Of a DNA stretch of 64,000 nt, positions 11,492-19,815 are shown one piece after another (position 1 is the stretch's first letter; every line of letters starts with the position of its first letter). Below the pieces are notes generated by a model. That model made no database searches. It was not told the origin of the DNA and saw only the letters and a program-made list of their open reading frames with translations. Location of the stretch: positions 319,361-383,360 of the forward strand of contig CAZVXT010000001.1 in assembly GCA_964631145.1 (NCBI GenBank), written 5' to 3'. The position numbers and the translations under genes were made by a program. Source of the DNA: an uncultured Candidatus Saccharibacteria bacterium. Its GTDB lineage: Bacteria > Patescibacteriota > Doudnabacteria > UBA920.

Positions 11492-11707
11492 TTAATAACC
11501 AATTTTTATTGATAAAATATCATTTTTATGGATATGAAATTTCATGCCACTTAACAAAACACTGCGGTCATCTGCTTTTATTGCAACTCCTTTGTGATTT
11601 GCCCAACCATATTTAACTTTAATTCTTATTTTCTTGCCAATATAGTCTTGTAGTTTAAATAGTTTTGGTAGAGTATTATTTTTCTTGTTTCTTGATAACT
11701 TTGGCAT
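11492..11707 (-). CDS. Small Sm/LSm (Hfq-like) fold protein
   Basis: GGAGG SD before MPKL; YIGKKIRIKVKYG..KGVAIKADDRSVLL..HIHKNDILSI. Confidence 0.55.
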   Translation of the reverse strand: MPKLSRNKKNNTLPKLFKLQDYIGKKIRIKVKYGWANHKGVAIKADDRSVLLSGMKFHIHKNDILSIKIGY

Positions 11708-12068
11708 TGTTTTCATCCTCCAAAATTTTAAACGATAATATTTTATCTCTAGGAATCTCCGTCCATGATAAGGAGTTTTTTGGAACAATCAAAATATGAT
11801 ACATATCATAGTCAAAAATTTTACCTATAATAGTTTTTTTAGGCTCAGACAAAAATGTTAATAATCGCACGGCTAAAATATTATTATGGTCAATTTTTTC
11901 TGCATTGATTCCACTAAACCAGCTGTCTGAATAAAATATTTTAACCAGGACTTCTTTTTTTAAGCGTGACTTTATTTTGTAATCATGCACTGCAATAAAA
12001 GGCGGTCTAATAACTAAAGGTAGGTGTATAATTGTAACTGGGATATTTTCCTCCTCAAGAATTTTCAT
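11676..12068 (-). CDS. Hypothetical protein with C-terminal Sm/Hfq-like domain
   Basis: TIIGKIFDYDMYHILIV...EIPRDKILSFKI resembles Sm1/Sm2 motifs. Confidence 0.55.
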   Translation of the reverse strand: MKILEEENIPVTIIHLPLVIRPPFIAVHDYKIKSRLKKEVLVKIFYSDSWFSGINAEKIDHNNILAVRLLTFLSEPKKTIIGKIFDYDMYHILIVPKNSLSWTEIPRDKILSFKILEDENNAKVIKKQEK

Positions 12069-12101
12069 ATATGATATTCTAAATATATACTTAAGTCAAT
12101 T

Positions 12102-13373
12102 ATGAAATATCACAAGCGAATTTTAAAAAACGGATTAACTATTTTGGAAGTGCCAAGTACAGACGCCGAAAGTGTAGTGGTAGATTTTTTTGTTAAAACA
12201 GGCAGTAGAAACGAAACGCATAGAGAAAATGGCATATCTCATTTTTTGGAGCATATTCTTTTTAAAGGGACTCAAAAATTTCCTAACTCTATGGCAATCA
12301 CCGAACTTGTTGATGGTATAGGTGGCGAGATGAATGCAAACACAGGCAAGGAGCACACACAGTATTATATTAAGGCTCATCATAGTCATTTACAATTGAT
12401 CTTTGAAATTTTAACAGATATGCTTCAGGCTCCATTATTTGATGAGCCAGAAATAGATCGCGAAAAAGGAGTGATTGTAGAAGAAATAAATATGTATAAA
12501 GATTCTCCTCGCGCTCATGTGGCAAATATTTTGGAGGAGGTTATGTGGCCGCAAGATGCGCTTGGTAGAAATATTGCTGGAGAACCTGAAGGTGTAGTCA
12601 AGTTGAATAAAAAAATGTTTATTAACTATATGAACCGCTTTTATCAGCCTGGCAATATGATTTTGGGGGTAGCTGGAAAGTATGATCGTGTAGTCCTAAA
12701 TAAATTAATAAATAAATACTGGAGTAAAGTTTCTGCTGGTAGTTTCGGTAGATATTCTAAAGTTAAGGATAAGCAGAAACAATTTGCTGTTAAATTAGAG
12801 CATAAAGATATTAAGCAAGCTGTAATTAACTTTGGTTTTAAGTCGATTGATTATAATCACAAAGATAATGCAGCCGCAGCAGTTTTGGCAAGTATTTTGG
12901 GCGGTGGTATGAGTAGCCGTTTGTTTGATGAGGTTAGAGAAAAGCGCGGACTTGCTTATTATGTAAGAGCTTCTAATAGTAATTACCAAGATACTGGAGT
13001 CTTTGATATTTCTAGCGGTGTTAGGGTAGATAAAATTGAAGATGTAATTGTTGTAATATTGGCAGAATTAAAAAAGATTAGCACCGAACCAGTTACTGAC
13101 AAAGAATTGCAAAAAGCCAAGTCTTATTTAAAAGGCAAAATAACTTTGGCTCTGGAAGATAATCAATCCCGATTAGATTGGTATTTGGAAGAGTTGGCAT
13201 TTAAAAATCATGTACAAGCTCCGAAAGATGTGTTTAAAGATATTGATCAAGTGACAGCTAAAGATGTTTTGCGATTGGCAGGAAAGCTATTTAATCCTAA
13301 TCTTATGTCTTTGGCTATAGTTGGACCATATAAATCCGCTAAGAAGTTTGAATCGCTACTTAAAAAGTTTTAA
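12102..13373 (+). CDS. M16 family (pitrilysin/insulinase) zinc peptidase
   Basis: HFLEH inverted zinc motif, NANT, GGGMSSRLF..VREKRGLAY. Confidence 0.96.
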   Translation: MKYHKRILKNGLTILEVPSTDAESVVVDFFVKTGSRNETHRENGISHFLEHILFKGTQKFPNSMAITELVDGIGGEMNANTGKEHTQYYIKAHHSHLQLIFEILTDMLQAPLFDEPEIDREKGVIVEEINMYKDSPRAHVANILEEVMWPQDALGRNIAGEPEGVVKLNKKMFINYMNRFYQPGNMILGVAGKYDRVVLNKLINKYWSKVSAGSFGRYSKVKDKQKQFAVKLEHKDIKQAVINFGFKSIDYNHKDNAAAAVLASILGGGMSSRLFDEVREKRGLAYYVRASNSNYQDTGVFDISSGVRVDKIEDVIVVILAELKKISTEPVTDKELQKAKSYLKGKITLALEDNQSRLDWYLEELAFKNHVQAPKDVFKDIDQVTAKDVLRLAGKLFNPNLMSLAIVGPYKSAKKFESLLKKF

Positions 13374-13508
13374 ATTAACTAAGACATTTCAGTATGCTGG
13401 TTGGTTACATTATTCAGTATTATCGCTCTGCGTAAATTTTAAAAAAACCTTTAGGAATTGCGAAATATTAAAGGCGCAATCACCAAGTTGTTAATTAATA
13501 TATTAAAA

Positions 13509-14378
13509 ATGAAAAAGTTAACTAATAGTTTAATAGGGTGTCATGTGTCTATTGCTGGCGGTTTGGATAAAGCTCCTGCCAGAGCAGCAGAGTTGGGTTG
13601 CGAAACCTTTCAGATTTTTAGTCGCAGTCCTCAGGGTGGTAGTGCCGCTCCTATTACTGAAGAATTGCAAGAAAATTTCAAATCAGAATTAAAAAAGGCG
13701 GGGATAGATACGTTTGTTATTCATGCCCCTTATATATTAAATTTTGGTTCAGAAAAAAAAACTACTTTTCATGGATCTATTAATCTGGTTAGGACGGACT
13801 TGGAGCGGGGAAGCTTGTTAGGTGCAAAATATGTAATGTTTCATCCTGGTAGTTTTAAAGCCCTTGGTAGAGAAGTGGGGATGCAACAGGCAAAAGAAGG
13901 CTTGCAGAAGGTTCTGGATGGTTATGAAGGAACCACAAAGCTTTTAATAGAAATTTCTGCAGGAGCTGGTGAGGTAATTGGGGATACTTTTGAAGAGCTT
14001 GTCGAGCTTATGGCTCCTATAAAAAAGCATAGAGGCTTTGGTGGTATATGTTTTGATACTCAGCACGCTTTTAGTAGCGGGTATGATTTGTCTAATTATG
14101 ATTCCGCTAAAGAAGTATTCAAAAAATTTGATAAAATTATTGGCAAAAAGCATTTTTGCATGAGTCATGTAAATGATTCTAAGGTAGATCTCGCTTCCCA
14201 TAAGGACAGACATGAGCATATTGGGGAAGGCAAAATTGGTAAAACTGGAATTTCTGCCTTTTTACAAATACTTTCAGAAAATAATTTGGCTGTTCCCTTG
14301 ATTTTAGAAACTGAGCATGATAAAGTTGAAACAGACATTAAGTTACTAAAAAACTTGCGAAAACAAGTTCAGAAATAA
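13509..14378 (+). CDS. nfo: Endonuclease IV (AP endonuclease)
   Basis: GCHVSIAGG, HAPY, FHPG, CFDTQH, HVNDSK, DRHEHIGEG, ILET. Confidence 0.96.
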   Translation: MKKLTNSLIGCHVSIAGGLDKAPARAAELGCETFQIFSRSPQGGSAAPITEELQENFKSELKKAGIDTFVIHAPYILNFGSEKKTTFHGSINLVRTDLERGSLLGAKYVMFHPGSFKALGREVGMQQAKEGLQKVLDGYEGTTKLLIEISAGAGEVIGDTFEELVELMAPIKKHRGFGGICFDTQHAFSSGYDLSNYDSAKEVFKKFDKIIGKKHFCMSHVNDSKVDLASHKDRHEHIGEGKIGKTGISAFLQILSENNLAVPLILETEHDKVETDIKLLKNLRKQVQK

Positions 14379-14388
14379 AGGAAAAAAT

Positions 14389-14541
14389 ATGAGCGCGGAA
14401 TACGGCTTCAATCCAGAAACATACAACAAAAATCTCCCAGATTTTAAATTCGGTCGAGAGTTACCTGCTAATTTAGAAGAGTTGCTAAAATCCAAACAGG
14501 GTTTTGTTGACTTGAAGGATGCTATAGAAGCTCACGAATAG
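14389..14541 (+). CDS. Small hypothetical protein, 50 aa (below the ORF-track cutoff)
   Basis: AAAGGA upstream; MSAEYGFNPETYNKNLPDFKFGRELP... fills the gap after nfo. Confidence 0.45.
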   Translation: MSAEYGFNPETYNKNLPDFKFGRELPANLEELLKSKQGFVDLKDAIEAHE

Positions 14542-14562
14542 CTTCACAAGTAATATACTTAT

Positions 14563-14778
14563 ATGGAAGAAAAGTTAAAAAAAATTATTCATTTAATCGA
14601 GGAGTCAGATTTAGACCAAACGATTAAAGATATTTTGATTCGCGATTTGCAAACAGAAGGTTTAACAGATTTTTTGCGCGAACAAATAAAAGCTTATTGT
14701 CTAGAGGGTATCAAGCGACTTGATGTCAAAATTGAAGAAGCCCGTGCAGCTTTGAATGAGTCCACTTCACAAGAATAA
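14563..14778 (+). CDS. Hypothetical helical protein
   Basis: 71 aa; TAATAT 6 nt upstream, terminator downstream. Confidence 0.7.
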   Translation: MEEKLKKIIHLIEESDLDQTIKDILIRDLQTEGLTDFLREQIKAYCLEGIKRLDVKIEEARAALNESTSQE

Positions 14779-14857
14779 ATTAAAAGCAGCTACTAAAAAG
14801 TAGTTGCTTTTTGTATTGCGTAGTTTAAGTTATAATATAAAAACTTTAGGAGGATAT

Positions 14858-15238
14858 ATGAAAGTTTTATCAATTTTATTTATATTAGTTGGTGGTTTTG
14901 TTGGGTTTTTTACCTCACACATCTACACAGATTTAGGTATTAGTAGTTTTTGGGCAATGCTTATAATTAATATTATTTCAGTTTTGCTAGTCTTGGTTAT
15001 TGTCAGTCTTGCATCTGGAATGTATTATAATAAACTTTATCTTAATTCTTTAAGCAGAATAGAAATCAAAAGTATTGCAATATGTAGCGGGGAAGTCTTA
15101 GTATTTTTTACTGTAATGTATTTGCTACAATCTTATCGCTCTGTTAATCAACATAATGCTGGATTAATATCTAGCGGTATCATGTTTATTGCTATTTTTG
15201 CATTTTACTCGTTCTTGATTTATAAATTTGATAATTAG
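14858..15238 (+). CDS. Hypothetical 4-TM membrane protein
   Basis: TATAAT and AGGAGG SD; hydrophobic helices. Confidence 0.75.
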   Translation: MKVLSILFILVGGFVGFFTSHIYTDLGISSFWAMLIINIISVLLVLVIVSLASGMYYNKLYLNSLSRIEIKSIAICSGEVLVFFTVMYLLQSYRSVNQHNAGLISSGIMFIAIFAFYSFLIYKFDN

Positions 15239-15275
15239 TAAATATTAGCTTGGTTTTGAGCCAAGCTCTTTTAGT

Positions 15276-15304
15276 TTGACCTTAACTGTTAATGTCTGTA
15301 TAAT
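15276..15304 (+). promoter_or_regulatory. Sigma70-type promoter
   Basis: TTGACC-17 nt-TATAAT. Confidence 0.75.
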
Positions 15305-15329
15305 TACAGAAATTTTATGGAGGTGCTTT

Positions 15330-15737
15330 ATGATACTTATTGGAGCCGGTTTAGTGGTGATATTGTGTTTATTGGGCGGCTATTTTTTAGTAGATGTTTA
15401 TCAATACTTTGGTTTGATTAACTTTATAGCTGTAGCTGTTTTAAATAGTTTGTTGTCATTTTTAGTCCTAGTTTTGGGGTATAAAGTGATGCGTATAGCA
15501 GATAAATTATCTGGTCCGAGAATAGGTTCAGGCACGGTAGAAGGAGCAATGATGCTATTTGGATTTTTAATGATAGGACTATCTTTACCTGTAGGATTTT
15601 TTGTGCATTCATTATTTTTCCCAGAATACATAGGTGGTTGGCTTTTAGGTGTATTTATATTCTTACTTAGTTTTTTCTCCTTGAACAATTTTTTAAGCGG
15701 AAAAAATATACCGAACAATCAAATATATAAAAATTAG
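15330..15737 (+). CDS. Hypothetical 4-TM membrane protein (likely paralog of previous gene)
   Basis: GGAGG SD; hydrophobic helices. Confidence 0.75.
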   Translation: MILIGAGLVVILCLLGGYFLVDVYQYFGLINFIAVAVLNSLLSFLVLVLGYKVMRIADKLSGPRIGSGTVEGAMMLFGFLMIGLSLPVGFFVHSLFFPEYIGGWLLGVFIFLLSFFSLNNFLSGKNIPNNQIYKN

Positions 15738-15801
15738 CTATTTACCAGTCTGCATAAGTAGGCTGGTTTTCTTTTTATAAAAATTACTTTATACTTAGGT
15801 T

Positions 15802-16818
15802 ATGAACTTTCAATTAGATTATTCAACTAAAGTTATCCTAAGGGTTGTTGGTGTGTTTTTGATTTTGGGCTTTTTATGGGTAATTAGAGATATTGTTATT
15901 ATAATTTTATTATCTTTGGTTTTGGCATCAGCTTTAGAACCATTGGTGGAATATTTAAACAAGCGCAGGGTGCCGCGTTTTGTAAGCGTCTTAGGAACAT
16001 ATGTAATTGTCTTGGGTTTTGTTGCGATTATGATCGCACTACTGGCTCCGTTAGTCATTGATCAAGCTCAGGTGTTGTCTCAGAACCTGCCGAGCTATGC
16101 GGTAGAATTGCAAGCAAAATATCCAAGCATTGATTTGTTGCTTGGAGGCGCTGATTTATCTAATGTTGCCAAAGATTTGTTATCCAGTGGCTCTAGTAAG
16201 GATTTGCTATTCCATAGAACCTTGGGTTTATTTAATGGATTGTTTGCGTTAATTACTGTTTTGGTTTTGTCATTTTATTTGGTGGCGGCTGATAAAGGAA
16301 TGAAGCAATTTATTAGTGATTTAATTCCCGGACAGCATCAAGAGTTTATTGTTAACTTAATAGAAAAAATTCAACGCAAAATGGGTTTGTGGGTTGTTGG
16401 ACAGTTTATTTTAAGTGTGTTTATTTTCTTGCTAACTTACATTGGGTTATCAATTTTGGGAGTAGAATATGCATTGGTTTTGGCTATTATAGCCGGGCTA
16501 TTAGAAATTGTTCCTTATGTTGGACCATTTTTGTCAGCTGTGCCGGCAGTGTTCTTTGCTTTGATTCAAAATCCTCCTTTAGTAATTGCGGTAATAATCT
16601 TGTATATTTTAATTCAAAAAACTGAAGGTTATGTTTTGGTGCCAAAGGTTATGGAAAAGACCGTGGGTACTTCTCCTTTGGTAGTGTTGTTGGCATTATT
16701 AATCGGTTATAAATTAGCTGGTGTTTTGGGTATTTTGCTAGCAGTGCCATTGGCTGGGGCTATTACTGTGGTAATTAAAGAGTTTTTCCCACAAAAATTA
16801 GCAAATCCTGACGTATAA
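15802..16818 (+). CDS. AI-2E (PerM/UPF0118) family membrane protein
   Basis: AGLLEIVPYVGP, Q..EG..L.PKVM, GILLAVP. Confidence 0.93.
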   Translation: MNFQLDYSTKVILRVVGVFLILGFLWVIRDIVIIILLSLVLASALEPLVEYLNKRRVPRFVSVLGTYVIVLGFVAIMIALLAPLVIDQAQVLSQNLPSYAVELQAKYPSIDLLLGGADLSNVAKDLLSSGSSKDLLFHRTLGLFNGLFALITVLVLSFYLVAADKGMKQFISDLIPGQHQEFIVNLIEKIQRKMGLWVVGQFILSVFIFLLTYIGLSILGVEYALVLAIIAGLLEIVPYVGPFLSAVPAVFFALIQNPPLVIAVIILYILIQKTEGYVLVPKVMEKTVGTSPLVVLLALLIGYKLAGVLGILLAVPLAGAITVVIKEFFPQKLANPDV

Positions 16819-16888
16819 ATAGCTCTTGTGAGACTTATTGTATTAAAGTTATAATGAAAGAGCTTAGAACAAGCTCTTTTTTAATTTT

Positions 16889-18361
16889 ATGAACAAATTT
16901 TATATAACTACAACTTTGCCTTACGTAAATGCTGATCCTCATATTGGCTTTGCTCTGGAAATTATTCACGCTGACATTATCGCTAGGTATCATGCAATGC
17001 GCGGGCAAGATGTATTTTTTAACACTGGTACAGATGAACATGGTGTAAAAATATACCGCAAAGCACAAGAACAAGGAGTTGAGGTGCAAGAGTATGTTAA
17101 TGGTTATGCAGAAAAATTTAAAGCATTAAAAGACAAGCTTGGTTTATTTGATGGTTTAAACTTTATTCGCACTACAGATGATAATCACAAATTGGCAGCA
17201 CAAGAATTTTGGAAGCGTTGCGAGGCAAATGGCGATATTTATAAAAAAACTTATCAAGTTAAGTATTGTGTTGGCTGCGAGCTGGAAAAAACAGATTCAG
17301 AATTAATTGATGGAAAATGTCCGATTCACCCAAATATGGACATCGAGTTAATTGATGAAGAGAATTACTTTTTTAAATTTTCTAATTATACTCAAAAATT
17401 ATTAGACTTATATAATAATCAAAACCAATTTGTTGTACCTGCATCTAGACTGCACGAAATAAAAACTTTTGTAGAAAATGGCTTGCAGGATTTTAGTATT
17501 TCTAGATTGAAGGAAAAAATGCCATGGGGTGTTCCAGTTCCTGGAGATGAAGACCAGGTTATGTATGTTTGGTTTGACGCATTAGTAAATTATATTTCTA
17601 CTTTGGGTTGGCCAAATAACAATGAAAAGTTTGAGCAATTTTGGGGTGGTATAGAAGGCTCAAACGCGTTGCAAATTGCAGGTAAGGATAATTTGAGACA
17701 ACAATCTGCAATGTGGCAAGCTATGTTAATGTCTGCCGGGCTCCCTCCATCCAAGCAAATCATTATTCATGGATTTATAACTAGCAATGGTCAAAAAATG
17801 AGTAAGAGCTTAGGAAATGTTGTTTCTCCTTATGAGCTTTTACAAAAATTGGAAGATCTTGGTTTAAATAAAGAACAATCTATAGAAGCGCTGCGTTATT
17901 ATTTGTCACGTGAAGTTCCAACTTTTGAAGATGGAGATTTTACATGGGAAAGATTTGTAGAAAGTTATAATGCCAATCTTGCAAATGGAATTGGTAATCT
18001 TACTAGCCGCATCTTGAAGATGGCGGTTAGTGCAGAAGTAAAATTTAGCGCCCCTCAAATCAAAGTAGATTATAACAATCAACTATTAGATGAATATAAA
18101 ATAGATCAAGCGGCAGACAAGATTTGGAAAGATATAAAGAATCTTGATGTTTATATTCAAACTAACGAACCATTTAAAAAGATTAAGGTAGATAGAGAAG
18201 CAGCTATAGCTGACATAGAATATTTATTAAAACAGTTGTGGAAAATAGCTTTTGATTTGCATCCATTTTTACCATTTACTGCAGGGGTGATTTTCAAAGT
18301 TATGGATAGTTTGTCTCTAGATAATATTCCACGATTATTTCCAAGAATAAATATAGATTAA
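16889..18361 (+). CDS. metG: Methionine--tRNA ligase (short form)
   Basis: YVNADPHIG, GTDEHG, YVWFDAL, KMSKS. Confidence 0.98.
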   Translation: MNKFYITTTLPYVNADPHIGFALEIIHADIIARYHAMRGQDVFFNTGTDEHGVKIYRKAQEQGVEVQEYVNGYAEKFKALKDKLGLFDGLNFIRTTDDNHKLAAQEFWKRCEANGDIYKKTYQVKYCVGCELEKTDSELIDGKCPIHPNMDIELIDEENYFFKFSNYTQKLLDLYNNQNQFVVPASRLHEIKTFVENGLQDFSISRLKEKMPWGVPVPGDEDQVMYVWFDALVNYISTLGWPNNNEKFEQFWGGIEGSNALQIAGKDNLRQQSAMWQAMLMSAGLPPSKQIIIHGFITSNGQKMSKSLGNVVSPYELLQKLEDLGLNKEQSIEALRYYLSREVPTFEDGDFTWERFVESYNANLANGIGNLTSRILKMAVSAEVKFSAPQIKVDYNNQLLDEYKIDQAADKIWKDIKNLDVYIQTNEPFKKIKVDREAAIADIEYLLKQLWKIAFDLHPFLPFTAGVIFKVMDSLSLDNIPRLFPRINID

Positions 18362-18364
18362 GTC

Positions 18365-19210
18365 ATGCAGTTTATTGATACACATACGCATATTAACCTT
18401 AATGCTTTTGCGGAAGATTCTGCAGAAGTTATTAAACGTGCTGACGAAGCAGGCGTGGTTGTGGTTAATGTTGGGACTCAGATAGATACGAGTAAAGCAG
18501 CAGTTCAAATGCTTAAAGATTATCCTGATAAAGAGATTTATGCTGTTGTCGGCTTGCATCCTTCCCATACTTATTCTCACGATTTTATAGATAATGATGA
18601 AGTTGTAAATAAAACAAAAGAAGAATCTTTTGACTATCAGATGTACAAGCAGTTGGTTGTGACAGATAACCGCGTTGTTGGAATTGGTGAGTGTGGGTTG
18701 GATTATTATCGATTACCGGAAGGTGCTGATTTAGCACAGATTAAAGCTTTGCAAAAACATGCTTTTGAATCTCAAATAAAGCTTGCTTTAGAAACAGATA
18801 AAGCTTTATGTATTCATTGTCGTCCAAGCGAGAATGGCAATGATGCTTATGAGGATGTTTTGGATATGCTTAAAAATTATTCTGGCTTGCGCTTTGAAAT
18901 ACATTGCTTTACTGGCGACTTAGAAACTGCGCAAAGATTTGTGGACTTAGGTGGTTATATAGGAATTAACGGTATTATAACTTTTGATAAAACATCTCGT
19001 AGTCGCGATGTAGTTGAAGGTTTAAGTATAGAAAATATTATTTTAGAAACAGACGCACCATATCTGTCCCCCAAACCTTATCGCGGCAAGAGAAACGAAC
19101 CTGCTTTTATGGTAGAAACTGCCATGCAAATTGCCGAATGGAAAAATCTAACCTTAGAAGAAGTTGCTAATATAACAACAGCAAACGCTAAAAAATTATT
19201 TAAGATTTGA
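18365..19210 (+). CDS. tatD: TatD family hydrolase/DNase
   Basis: IDTHTH, GLHP, IGECGLDY, ETDAPY, RNEP. Confidence 0.95.
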   Translation: MQFIDTHTHINLNAFAEDSAEVIKRADEAGVVVVNVGTQIDTSKAAVQMLKDYPDKEIYAVVGLHPSHTYSHDFIDNDEVVNKTKEESFDYQMYKQLVVTDNRVVGIGECGLDYYRLPEGADLAQIKALQKHAFESQIKLALETDKALCIHCRPSENGNDAYEDVLDMLKNYSGLRFEIHCFTGDLETAQRFVDLGGYIGINGIITFDKTSRSRDVVEGLSIENIILETDAPYLSPKPYRGKRNEPAFMVETAMQIAEWKNLTLEEVANITTANAKKLFKI

Positions 19211-19212
19211 AC

Positions 19213-19815
19213 ATGGAATTAGATGGAATATTAAAATTTGTAAAATTGATTGCTGAGTTCCAAAAAATTGAACGCACTGTTTTTTTGATGGGTTCTGACA
19301 GGATGGAAAATGATGTAGAGCACAGTTATCAATTAACAATGGTAGCATGGTATGCTATTTCGGCATACAACTTGCCTTTGGATTTGGATTTGGTTTTAAA
19401 ATATTCCTTGATCCATGATTTGGTTGAGGTGTATGCCGGTGATACTAGATTGTTTGATAAAAACCAAGAGGTTCATGCTACAAAGCAGCAACGCGAACAT
19501 GACTCTTTGTTAAAGTTAGAGTCAGAATTATCAGAGTTCCCTGATTTAATATCTTTGATCAAACAGTATGAAGCTCGCGGAGATGAAGAAAGTAGGTTTG
19601 TTTATGCATTAGATAAAGTTTTGCCGCCAATCAATATATATTTGGAAGGTGGAAGGACTTTTAAAACTTTTGAAGTTACCTACGAAAATTTTTTAGCTAA
19701 AAAATTAGATAAAGTTAAAGAGCATCCAGAAGTAGAAAAATATTTCTTACAGCTAAAAGATATTTTAGAAAAGGAAAAAGAGCAATTATTTTTTAAAGAA
19801 GATGAAAAAATATAA
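19213..19815 (+). CDS. HD-domain phosphohydrolase (YfbR/HDDC2-like)
   Basis: ENDVEHSY, HDLVEVYAGD, ALDK. Confidence 0.9.
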   Translation: MELDGILKFVKLIAEFQKIERTVFLMGSDRMENDVEHSYQLTMVAWYAISAYNLPLDLDLVLKYSLIHDLVEVYAGDTRLFDKNQEVHATKQQREHDSLLKLESELSEFPDLISLIKQYEARGDEESRFVYALDKVLPPINIYLEGGRTFKTFEVTYENFLAKKLDKVKEHPEVEKYFLQLKDILEKEKEQLFFKEDEKI

